A DNA stretch of 17,249 nt from NCBI GenBank assembly GCA_040901675.1, contig JBBDYJ010000036.1:1-17249 (forward strand), read 5' to 3'. Positions 8,564-16,661 of this stretch are shown in pieces. The stretch comes from Pirellulales bacterium. Lineage in GTDB: Bacteria > Planctomycetota > Planctomycetia > Pirellulales > JAICIG01. The position numbers and the translations under genes are program-made. A model generated the notes under the pieces. That model was not told the DNA's origin. It saw only the letters and a program-made list of their open reading frames with translations, and did no database searches. The first letter of the stretch is position 1; each line of letters begins with the position of its first letter.

Positions 8564-10462
8564 ATGACCCACAACCGCGGGAAATCGCTGGCAAGCCGCG
8601 TATGGCAAATCTTGGCCTGGTCCGCCTTGGCAATTCTGCCAGGACCCCTGCTGGCCGCCGACTTCGCCGCGCCTTCGCCGTTGTCGCGGGTCGTGCCCGC
8701 CGACGTCGGACTCTGCCTGGAGATTCAGAACCTGGCCGAGCATTCAAGCCAATTTCTCGATAGCGAGCTTTATCGGCGTTTGCGCGATTATCCGGCCTTG
8801 CGCCGCTGGTCCGACGAGAACCGTCCGCAGTTGACCGCCATTGCCGACGAAGTCGAGCGGCGCCTCGGCGCTCGCCCCGTGGATGCCTGGAACAAGCTGC
8901 TGGGCCGCCAGGCGCTGCTGGCCGTCTGGCCGCCGCCCGGCGGTGGTGACGAAGGCTCGGCACTGTTGCTGGTCGAAGTGGCCGACAGCCAACTGCTGGC
9001 GCGCCTTCTGGACCGCCTGGTGTCTGCCCAACGCGAAGCCGGCAAGTGGAAGGCTACCCGGCAGCTCGAAGTAGCCGGCCAGGTCGTTCAATTGCACGTC
9101 CTCGAAACCGAGCCCCAAAAGTCCGGGCTCTTTCTGGCCGCGGTGGGGGAGCTGGGCATCATGGCCACCAGCGAGCAGATTGTCCGCGATGTGGTTGCAC
9201 TGAGCCAAGCGACGCCTCGCGGACCCTCGGCACTGGCCGGCGTGCCGGCCTATGCCGAAGGCATCGGCCGCCTGGCGCCGATGGCCACGGGGCGGCTGTT
9301 TATCAATCCCCGCATCTGGGACGAACATCTTCTGGCCGATCTGCGTTCCAAGCCCGCCGGCTCCAGCGACGCCGAGGCCCAATTGGTCGTCGTCGAAACC
9401 TGGCGGGCGACCGATTACCTCGTGGTTGGCGTCGAGCTGGGCCCCCGCTTGGCAATCGAAGCCTACGCCAAATGGGACCGGGCCAAGCTGCCCGAAGCGG
9501 TCGGCACCTTTGTCGACAGCGTCGGTGGCCAGGCCGAGCTGCTCGATCGCGTGCCCGCCGACGCGCTGGTTGTCCTGGCCGGGCGGATCGATCTGGGCGC
9601 CCTGCTCGGGCGTTTTGGCCGTCCGGCTGCCACGCGTAACGATGCCGCATCGTCGAGCGTCGCCGAGCCGCCCACCGGATGGTTTGCCCTCGTTGCGCTG
9701 GCCGGAAGCGTGGGGCCCGATTTTGTCAGTTACATCGCGCCCCGCCGATCCGACTCGACCGGCCTTCGCTCAACCGCGGAGCCGACTTCGCCTGGCGAGT
9801 CCCCCCCGGCATCGGCCGGCAATTCGCCGAACGCCGCGGCGATCGACTGGGTTGTCGGTTTTGCAACCAGGCCGCTTTCCCCCGCCAATCCTGAAACACG
9901 CCTGGCCGACGTGCTGGCCCCGCTGGCCAGGAGCACGATGGAAATCATGGCCGCCACGGCCAATGCTCGCTCGGGCAACGCGGCATCCCACGTCAAAACC
10001 ACGCAGGTCGATGGCCTCGTGCTCACCTCGATCGTCGGCTTCGAGTCCGCCTATCCGGCGGCGGGCCCGTTGGCAGCCAGTCTGGAAGCCACCTTCGCCG
10101 TCGTGGGCGACGCCTTCTGGGTCGGCACCTCGCCCGCCGCAGTACAACGTGCGGCCACGGTCCGTCCGGAGCAATCGTTGTCCCATCGCCCGGCGGTGGC
10201 GCGGCAAGTGGGCCGGTCCGCCTCCGGCGGACCGCGTCCAGGGCATTTTTTGTATGTCAACCTGGCCGGGCTGGGGCAATGGATGGCCCAATCGCCTGGG
10301 CTGGTCGACTATCTGGCCAAGAGCAAAGGACTCGACCATGCCACCGCCCAACGGAGCTGGAACGAGCTGGTGGCCCTGGCATCGCTGGCCGACTCTTTAA
10401 TCGCCACCGTCGCCCTGGGCGATAGCGGAGCGGCCGCCTCTTTGAGCCTGACCGCCGAGTAG
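8564..10462 (+). CDS. Large exported hypothetical protein (632 aa)
   Basis: Signal-peptide-like N-terminus (…ILAWSALAILPGPLLA-AD); starts 4 nt after the anti-sigma stop; two loosely similar 'VPAD' module starts (RVVPADVGLCL, DRVPADALVVL). No family can be assigned with certainty. Confidence 0.8.
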   Translation: MTHNRGKSLASRVWQILAWSALAILPGPLLAADFAAPSPLSRVVPADVGLCLEIQNLAEHSSQFLDSELYRRLRDYPALRRWSDENRPQLTAIADEVERRLGARPVDAWNKLLGRQALLAVWPPPGGGDEGSALLLVEVADSQLLARLLDRLVSAQREAGKWKATRQLEVAGQVVQLHVLETEPQKSGLFLAAVGELGIMATSEQIVRDVVALSQATPRGPSALAGVPAYAEGIGRLAPMATGRLFINPRIWDEHLLADLRSKPAGSSDAEAQLVVVETWRATDYLVVGVELGPRLAIEAYAKWDRAKLPEAVGTFVDSVGGQAELLDRVPADALVVLAGRIDLGALLGRFGRPAATRNDAASSSVAEPPTGWFALVALAGSVGPDFVSYIAPRRSDSTGLRSTAEPTSPGESPPASAGNSPNAAAIDWVVGFATRPLSPANPETRLADVLAPLARSTMEIMAATANARSGNAASHVKTTQVDGLVLTSIVGFESAYPAAGPLAASLEATFAVVGDAFWVGTSPAAVQRAATVRPEQSLSHRPAVARQVGRSASGGPRPGHFLYVNLAGLGQWMAQSPGLVDYLAKSKGLDHATAQRSWNELVALASLADSLIATVALGDSGAAASLSLTAE

Positions 10463-10536
10463 CCCCTTCCCTCCCCCCCACCTTTTGCTTGATAATCCCG
10501 GCTGGCGCCGTAAGCATTGCCCGGGAGACCTTTGCC

Positions 10537-11808
10537 ATGAACCTGTCGTTCGCTCGCTTTGCGCTTGTGCTGGCGATAACGGCCTGCGGTGCCCCGCTGG
10601 CCGCACAGCAACTGGACCAGCCGGCGGACGACGATTCCTTGCGCCGTCCGCGGCAGCCCGACACGGGTCGCCGGGCGGACGCAGATTTGCGCCGCAGGCG
10701 GTTGGAGCGGCTTCGAAGGCTGGGCGGAGAGCTTTTTGAATCGCTGATCGGCGACCAGGCGGGGCCGGCGCCCGACATCGACGTCGGGCGGCTCAACCAC
10801 AGCCTGGAGGCATTGCTCGAACCGTTGCTGGCCCGCGAACGCGCGCTGGAATACCTCGATTTTGGTTTCGATCCGGAGGCCACCAACTTTGCCGATAATT
10901 CGGCCAGGTTCTATCTTTCCGCCGGCCTCACGCACACGGCCTGGTCCGCGGCTCCCACCACCATCGACTTCGACGTGTTGGCCGATGTTCGCCGTCCACC
11001 AGACGAGGTCTCCCGTGCCGCGATCGAGACTCGGCTGCGGGTCAAGACCGACGTGATCCCGCTTTCGAATTACGTGCTGGCACGCCTGGCCGAACGGCTT
11101 CACACCGACGAGCCATCGGCGGCCGCCGCTTCGACTCAGCCTGGGCCGGGCGATTCCTCGGTCGGCCGGAGTTCCGACGAACACTTCAGGCAACTGGTCG
11201 CCGAAAAGCTCTCGCGCACCGGCGAGATCACCACGATGGACGACCTGGCCGACTTGTTCGTTTATCTGGCGGCATTGCAGCTCCGGGCCGCCAACGAACA
11301 CATCGACCGGCTGAAGATCGAATTGTATGAGGCACCGGACGAGCCGGCCCACGAACATCTCCTGTCCCAACTCGACGCGGCGCGTCGCCAGCGCGATTTT
11401 CTGTTCAATGTCCGCCCCAAGATCGACCGCGACGAGCGCGGCCGTGCCGTTGCCATCCAGGCCCGAATTGCCGACTCCCAAGTTGCTGACGGCTCCCAAA
11501 TCCGGCACCTGGACCTCCTGATCGCGGCCGACGAAATCAGTCTGTCGGCAGTGGCCGGCGTAACCCAAGGCGTGGATGCCTACTTGCTGCTGAAACCGAT
11601 CGCCTTGCGGACCCTGCAGGGTCTCCAGGAGCGCGACGCGGCCGCCGTCGGCTTGGGGCAGGGAATCCTTGGTCGTTGGGTCGGCGAGGGCCGCGACTTG
11701 CTGCTGGGCAGCCCGGCCGCCGATCGGCAGCACGATTCGGGCGGCCGGGATGGCCGACCGGCGGCCGAGCCGGCTGAGCCGGCTGAGCAAGAGGCACACC
11801 CCGAATAA
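10537..11808 (+). CDS. Exported hypothetical protein, possibly a lipoprotein (423 aa)
   Basis: ATG 10537 after GGGAG; N-terminus MNLSFARFALVLAITACGAPLAA-Q contains both a lipobox-like ITAC and a possible SPase I site. Confidence 0.75.
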   Translation: MNLSFARFALVLAITACGAPLAAQQLDQPADDDSLRRPRQPDTGRRADADLRRRRLERLRRLGGELFESLIGDQAGPAPDIDVGRLNHSLEALLEPLLARERALEYLDFGFDPEATNFADNSARFYLSAGLTHTAWSAAPTTIDFDVLADVRRPPDEVSRAAIETRLRVKTDVIPLSNYVLARLAERLHTDEPSAAAASTQPGPGDSSVGRSSDEHFRQLVAEKLSRTGEITTMDDLADLFVYLAALQLRAANEHIDRLKIELYEAPDEPAHEHLLSQLDAARRQRDFLFNVRPKIDRDERGRAVAIQARIADSQVADGSQIRHLDLLIAADEISLSAVAGVTQGVDAYLLLKPIALRTLQGLQERDAAAVGLGQGILGRWVGEGRDLLLGSPAADRQHDSGGRDGRPAAEPAEPAEQEAHPE

Positions 11809-12012
11809 CCGGATCCGCGCCGGGCGGGGTAGATTGTCCTGGCCGGAAGAATCGCCCTACTGCTATTTTTCGCCTGATTCGGCGAGTTACGCAGGACCGC
11901 CCATTTTGCCTTGTCGTTGAATTTTGCCAGGCATATCTCCGATTTCCAACCTCTAGTTTGGTTAGTCCGGTTCGCTTGCCGGCCAACTGGCTCTGGAAAG
12001 GGAGGTTCATCG

Positions 12013-12363
12013 GTGGCAAAGTCGAAGAAGTCGAATGTGGCGGTGACGATTGACCGGCGCAGCAAGAGCGCAAGGCGCAAGCCGGCGGACCGCCGCAGCG
12101 TCGACAAGCCTCCAGTGGTCGAACAGCGGCAATTCGTGCGGCGGGTCAAGGTCAATCGACGCCGCCAGATCGACCCGACCACCTGCGAGCGCGACTACTC
12201 GGCCGACGAGGTCGAGTTCATGAATGCCCTGGACGACTACAAGCGGGCCAGTGGCCGGATGTTTCCCACCTGCAGCGAGGTGCTCGAAGTCGTCCGCAGC
12301 CTCGGCTACGTGAAGCCCGGTTGGAACAAGCTTCCCCCCGTCCCGGCGGAATCCCTCGCCTGA
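12013..12363 (+). CDS. Small Arg-rich hypothetical protein ([14 protein letters not shown]...EFM...YKR...[10 protein letters not shown]...LGY)
   Basis: GTG 12013 with a strong GGAGG at 12001-12005; 116 aa; basic N-terminal half and compact C-terminal domain. Confidence 0.85.
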   Translation: MAKSKKSNVAVTIDRRSKSARRKPADRRSVDKPPVVEQRQFVRRVKVNRRRQIDPTTCERDYSADEVEFMNALDDYKRASGRMFPTCSEVLEVVRSLGYVKPGWNKLPPVPAESLA

Positions 12364-12364
12364 C

Positions 12365-12425
12365 CTGTCCATCAAAGATGCGAGAAGGCGATGAAGTCGC
12401 CTTTCTTTGGGACGTAGCGCGGCAC
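12365..12425 (-). pseudogene. mazF: Truncated/frameshifted MazF (PemK-family) toxin remnant
   Basis: GTG directly after the mazE TAA reads MPRYVPKKGDFIAFSHL* (stop 12374-12372), resembling the E. coli MazF start MVSRYVPDMGDLIWVDFDP; skipping 4 nt (CATC) gives GDFIAFS-FDGQ. Confidence 0.75.
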
Positions 12426-12668
12426 TTACCAATGCTCCTTGCCGACAGGCGGCCCGAAATCGACTTCCTTGGCCTTCGGACCGGGGATCCGCGCCACCAG
12501 TTCGGCGAGGTCGTATTTGGGCCGAGGCAGTTTCTTGATCAGGATTCGGTGGTCGCCGACGATGATCTCGACGTCATCGCCGACGCCGATGCCGGCGAGG
12601 TCCAGGACGTGTTTGGACAGGCGCAGCCCCTGGCTGTTGCCCCATTTTTGAACTTTCGCGACCATCAT
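12426..12668 (-). CDS. mazE: AbrB/MazE/SpoVT-family antitoxin
   Basis: KVQKWGNSQGLRL swapped-hairpin signature, YDLAELVARI and C-terminal EVDFGPPVGKEHW, which match the MazE pattern; 80 aa. Confidence 0.92.
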   Translation of the reverse strand: MMVAKVQKWGNSQGLRLSKHVLDLAGIGVGDDVEIIVGDHRILIKKLPRPKYDLAELVARIPGPKAKEVDFGPPVGKEHW

Positions 12669-12710
12669 CGAGTTTGCTCCGTGGTTCGCCTCCGCGGCTT
12701 GGATAGCCTA

Positions 12711-12718
12711 TGTATACA
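12711..12718. promoter_or_regulatory. Palindrome TGTATACA, candidate TA autoregulatory operator
   Basis: Perfect AT-rich 8-bp palindrome about 43 nt upstream of the mazE start. Confidence 0.4.
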
Positions 12719-12872
12719 CAACCGGCAGTCCACCGAGTATCGGTTGCTCTTGCACGGATGCCGCGAGGCCGCTATTCTCCGCCCGCCTTTCTCGCTTTTT
12801 CCGACATGCCGGCTCGGCTGCCCGCCGTCAACGGCCGCCGGCCGGCCCCCGCATGGAGGCGCGTGACAACTC

Positions 12873-13631
12873 GTGGCGCAACCAAGCACTACCGCCGATC
12901 GCCATCCGCCCCGCGGCACGAGCCGGGCAGCGTTCGCCTGCACCCTGGCCTGCCTGCCGGCCCTCACCGCCTGCTCCTGGATGTCGCACGGCCAGAACGC
13001 CGAGGGCGTCCGCATGTTCGAGCAGGGCCACTACCAGGGCGCCATTCAGCGCTTCCAGCAAGCGATGGCCACCGACCCCAACAATCCCGACGGCTACTAC
13101 AATCTGGCCGCCGCCTACCACCGCACCGGAAAGCTCAACAACAAGCAGGAAGACCTGGACCAGGCCGAAAGCTTCTACAACCAGTGCCTGGACTACGATC
13201 TCAATCACCGCGATTGCTATCGCGGCCTGGCGGTGCTGTTGGTCGAGCAGCAACGGACCGAGGAGGCATTCCGCCTGCTCGAGGGCTGGTCCAGCCGCAG
13301 TCCCACGTCGCCGGCCGCCCGGGTCGAGCTGGCACGGCTGGCCGAGGAGTTCGGACGGTTGGAGGAGGCCAAGGAACACCTGCTCGAGGCGCTTACCATC
13401 GACCCCTATGATGCCCGCGCCCTGGCCGCGCTGGGCCGCCTGCACGAAACGGCCGGCAATCAGACTCAGGCGCTGGCCGACTACGAGCGGTCGCTCTGGC
13501 ACGATCGTTTCCAGCCGGAAGTGGCCGCCCGCGTCAGTTCGCTCCGCGCCGCCGTCAGTCCCGCCCCCATAGTGACCCCCCTGGGCGGCACCCGCACGGT
13601 GAACATCAACCCGGCCAGCGGCCGGCTGTAG
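12873..13631 (+). CDS. Tetratricopeptide repeat (TPR) protein, probable lipoprotein
   Basis: Hydrophobic segment ending in the lipobox LTAC; several TPR-like units (GVRMFEQGHYQGAIQRFQQA, GYYNLAAAY, ALAALGRLHE..G....ALADYERSL). Confidence 0.88.
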   Translation: MAQPSTTADRHPPRGTSRAAFACTLACLPALTACSWMSHGQNAEGVRMFEQGHYQGAIQRFQQAMATDPNNPDGYYNLAAAYHRTGKLNNKQEDLDQAESFYNQCLDYDLNHRDCYRGLAVLLVEQQRTEEAFRLLEGWSSRSPTSPAARVELARLAEEFGRLEEAKEHLLEALTIDPYDARALAALGRLHETAGNQTQALADYERSLWHDRFQPEVAARVSSLRAAVSPAPIVTPLGGTRTVNINPASGRL

Positions 13632-13633
13632 CC

Positions 13634-13783
13634 GGCGGAAGGCAGAGGCAGAAGGACGAACGGATTGGCCGTGTCGTGGCCGTGCGTGCCTCTGGGATGA
13701 ACTGGCCCTCCTGCTGGAGTCAGCCGACCGAACGGCCTTCCCTTCGTCCTTCTGCCTTCCTCCTTCTGCCTTCCTCCTTTCTG
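13634..13783. repeat. Inverted pair of heptamer (AAGGCAG/AAGGACG/AAGGAGG) arrays
   Basis: GGCAGAAGGACGAA (13647-13660) is the exact reverse complement of TTCGTCCTTCTGCC (13743-13756); the right arm continues with further units to about 13783. Confidence 0.8.
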
Positions 13784-13897
13784 CGGCTCCTTGACCCCTC
13801 GCCCTTCACTCCCTATCCTGCCTTGCTGGCCGGCCGGTTCCGGCGTCCCGACCGATCGCATCTTCCGTTCGCCTTCCTAGGCTCGACCTCGCCCCTC

Positions 13898-15520
13898 ATG
13901 CCCCGAGTCATCGTCCTGGATACGTTGGCCCGCGAGGGCCTGGATATTCTCGCCGCCGCCCCCAATATCGAGTACGAGGTTCGCACCAATCTGTCGGGCG
14001 AAGCGCTCCGCTCGGCCCTGGCCGAGTTCGATGCCGCCATTCTTCGCAGCGGCGTCAAAATCACCGCGGAATCGCTGGCGGGCAACCGCCGCTTGAAAGC
14101 CATCGTGCGCGCCGGCGTCGGCACCGACAACATCGACAAGACGGCCGCCACCCGCTTGGGCATCGTGGTCATGAACACGCCCACCGGCAACACGCTGAGC
14201 ACGGCCGAGCACACCATCGCCATGATGATGGCCCTTTCCCGCAACATCGCGCCGGCCTACCAGAGCCTGATCGAAGGGCGTTGGGACCGGGGCCGCTACA
14301 TGGGCAGCCAACTGGCCGACAAGACGATCGGCATCATCGGCCTGGGGCGTATCGGCCAGGCGGTGGCGGTGCGTGCCAAGGCGCTCGAAATGCGGGTGCT
14401 CGGATACGACCCGTTTCTTTCCAGCCAGCGGGCCCAGGAGTTGGGCATTGAGACGCTCGCCACGGTGCACGATATGCTGCCGAAGGTCGACTACCTGACC
14501 GTGCACACCCCGCTGACGCCGGAGACCCGCAACCTCATCAGCCACAAGGAAATCGAAATGTTGCGGCCCGGCGCGCGGCTGATCAACTGCGCCCGCGGCG
14601 GCATCTACGACGAGGCCGCCCTGCTGGCAGGGCTCGAGAGCGGCCGCCTGGCCGGAGTGGCTCTCGACGTATTTGCCGCCGAACCGTGTACGAACAGCCC
14701 GCTGTTCGGCAGGCCGGGAGTGCTGGCCACCCCGCATTTGGGCGCCAGCACCGAGGAAGCCCAGACCCAGGTTGCCGCGGAAGGCGCCGCGCTGCTGGTC
14801 GACTTTTTGACGACCGGGGCCATTCGTCACGCCGTCAACGTGGTCTCGGTGGATCCGAAGAAGCTGGCCGGTTTGCGGGATTACCTGGACGTGGCCTACC
14901 GGCTGGGATTGCTGCTGGCGCAGCTCGATCGGACTCCGGCCAAGGCCTGCCGCCTGTGCTACCGTGGCGAAGTGGCCTCCAAGGATACCAAGCTGCTCAC
15001 CGCGACCGTGGCCGCCGGCTTGCTGCAGCACGCCTTGGAGGAAGAGATCAACTTCGTCAACGCCGAGGTGCTGCTGCGGGAACGGGGCATCGAGCTGGTC
15101 GAACAGACGAGCAGCGACCGTGGGGCATTCAGCTCGGTGATCATTGCCGAGCTGGAAACCGAGTCGCGGACGTACAAGGCGGCGGGCACTCTGTTCGGCC
15201 ACAACATGGCCCGGCTGGTCCAGCTTGGCGATTACCGGCTGGACGCCTACCTGGACGGGATCCTGATGGTCTTCACGCACCGCGACGTGCCCGGCATCGT
15301 CGGCAAAGTCGGCACGATCTTCGGCGCCCACCGGGTCAATATCGCCCAGATGGCCGTGGGCCGGCAGCGGCCGGGTGGCGACGCCATCGGGGTTTTGAAC
15401 CTCGATAATCCGCCCCCCGCCCAGGCGCTGGAGGAGGTGCTGGCCGACCCCGACATCCTCAGCGCCAGCGTGATCCACCTGCCCCCGGCCGGCGAGCTGC
15501 CCGCCTGGCTTGGGGGCTGA
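13898..15520 (+). CDS. serA: D-3-phosphoglycerate dehydrogenase (type I, with ASB and ACT domains)
   Basis: RAGVGTDNID, GIIGLGRIG (Rossmann fold), LINCARGGI, ALDVF, TPHLGASTEEAQ, C-terminal ACT (HRDVPGIVGKVGTIFG..VNIAQM). Start at ATG 13898 (540 aa). Confidence 0.96.
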   Translation: MPRVIVLDTLAREGLDILAAAPNIEYEVRTNLSGEALRSALAEFDAAILRSGVKITAESLAGNRRLKAIVRAGVGTDNIDKTAATRLGIVVMNTPTGNTLSTAEHTIAMMMALSRNIAPAYQSLIEGRWDRGRYMGSQLADKTIGIIGLGRIGQAVAVRAKALEMRVLGYDPFLSSQRAQELGIETLATVHDMLPKVDYLTVHTPLTPETRNLISHKEIEMLRPGARLINCARGGIYDEAALLAGLESGRLAGVALDVFAAEPCTNSPLFGRPGVLATPHLGASTEEAQTQVAAEGAALLVDFLTTGAIRHAVNVVSVDPKKLAGLRDYLDVAYRLGLLLAQLDRTPAKACRLCYRGEVASKDTKLLTATVAAGLLQHALEEEINFVNAEVLLRERGIELVEQTSSDRGAFSSVIIAELETESRTYKAAGTLFGHNMARLVQLGDYRLDAYLDGILMVFTHRDVPGIVGKVGTIFGAHRVNIAQMAVGRQRPGGDAIGVLNLDNPPPAQALEEVLADPDILSASVIHLPPAGELPAWLGG

Positions 15521-15693
15521 CTCGCAAGCCGTACAACCCGCCCGAAACGCCGCCCCATCCGCAAATTTCCTGCCTTGTTCAATTGTTTCTCTTTACCCAG
15601 CCTGCCAAAGCGGCCGATATCCCAAGTCGGGCGGGCAAGTTCGCGCCAACTCGTGCTCGGTTGGCACCAGGCACTTCCTTACGGGGCTGATAG

Positions 15694-15909
15694 ATGTCCG
15701 ACGCTCAACTGGCCGATCAAGTGCTCACCGTGCTGGAGCGAAATCCCCACGTGCCTCACCGCAAGCTGCGGTTCGAAGCCAGCCAGGGGCACGTTACTCT
15801 ACGGGGCGTGGTCCGCTCATATTATCAGAAGCAGATGGCCCAAGAGGCCTTGCGCGAGCTGGAAGGCGTCGAGCACATCGAGAACCAGCTCGAGGTGAGC
15901 TGGGCTTAG
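15694..15909 (+). CDS. Small single BON-domain protein
   Basis: Pattern L...V...L.....L......G.VTLRGVV.SYYQKQMAQE....LEGV..IENQLEV; 71 aa; no signal peptide. Confidence 0.85.
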   Translation: MSDAQLADQVLTVLERNPHVPHRKLRFEASQGHVTLRGVVRSYYQKQMAQEALRELEGVEHIENQLEVSWA

Positions 15910-16427
15910 AGCAGCCTGTTCAGCGCTGCCAGCGCGGCGTCGTAGTTGGGCTCCTCGGCCACTTCCTTGACCTGCTCGGCATGGACCACCTTGCCATCGC
16001 GGTCCAGCACGAACGTGCCGCGGGCCAGGATCTTCAGCTCCTCGATCAGCATGCCCCAGTTCCGGCCAAAGCTGCGGTCCTGGTAGTCGCTCGCGCTCTT
16101 CAGGCTGGTGATTCCTTCCGCCCCGCAGAAGCGATTCATGGCGAACGGCAGGTCGAGGCTGACCGTCAAGGCGTTGATCCGGTCGCCAAAGGCCGCCAAC
16201 TGCTGGTTGAAGTTCTTGGTCTGCTTCTGGCAGACCGGCGTGTCGAGCGAAGGCACGACGCTGAGAATGGTGGGCTTGCCCTTCAGGTCCGAGGGTTTGA
16301 TCTCCTGCATCGCGCCGTCGGCGAATCGGTGCAACTTGAAGTCGGGGGCCTGTTGTCCCACGGTGACTGCGTTGCCTGCCAGGGTCAGCGGGCTTCCTTT
16401 GAACGTGACGGCTCCGGGACGCGACAT
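15906..16427 (-). CDS. tpx: Thiol peroxidase (Tpx-type atypical 2-Cys peroxiredoxin)
   Basis: VTFKGSPLTL, APDF, VPSLDTPVC (peroxidatic Cys), SLDLPFAMNRFC (resolving Cys), LARGTFVLD, EPNYDAAL. Confidence 0.96.
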   Translation of the reverse strand: MSRPGAVTFKGSPLTLAGNAVTVGQQAPDFKLHRFADGAMQEIKPSDLKGKPTILSVVPSLDTPVCQKQTKNFNQQLAAFGDRINALTVSLDLPFAMNRFCGAEGITSLKSASDYQDRSFGRNWGMLIEELKILARGTFVLDRDGKVVHAEQVKEVAEEPNYDAALAALNRLL

Positions 16428-16565
16428 GGCAAGATTTCCTTCAAAACTAGAGAACCTGGGTGGCTGTTAACTGACCGGAGCAAGTAGTATCCCGTTTCCA
16501 GGCGGCCGTTCAAGGGCCCGCGTGATAGCATTTGCCGGCGCGAAAAAAAACCACGGCGCGAGCGC

Positions 16566-16593
16566 TTGCAGACCGGCGGCAAGCCTTTATGAT
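16566..16593 (+). promoter_or_regulatory. Candidate sigma-70 promoter TTGCAG-N16-TATGAT for the STAS gene
   Basis: Partial consensus in the divergent tpx/STAS intergenic region; AAGGAG ribosome-binding site at 16648-16653. Confidence 0.4.
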
Positions 16594-16661
16594 GGATCGT
16601 TCGAGGCCGGAGGAAATGTGCCGGCCCCCTTCTTGGCGGACCTTTTGAAGGAGCATATTCC

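Noticed and set aside
12007..12432. 141-aa minus-strand ORF as the full-length toxin downstream of mazE
   Set aside because: It is in a different frame from the MazF-like stub, has no PemK motifs and is antisense to the well-supported 12013-12363 gene.
13676..13897. 74-aa N-terminal extension of SerA
   Set aside because: It translates the heptamer repeat region (PSAFLLLPSSF); SerA similarity starts at ATG 13898.
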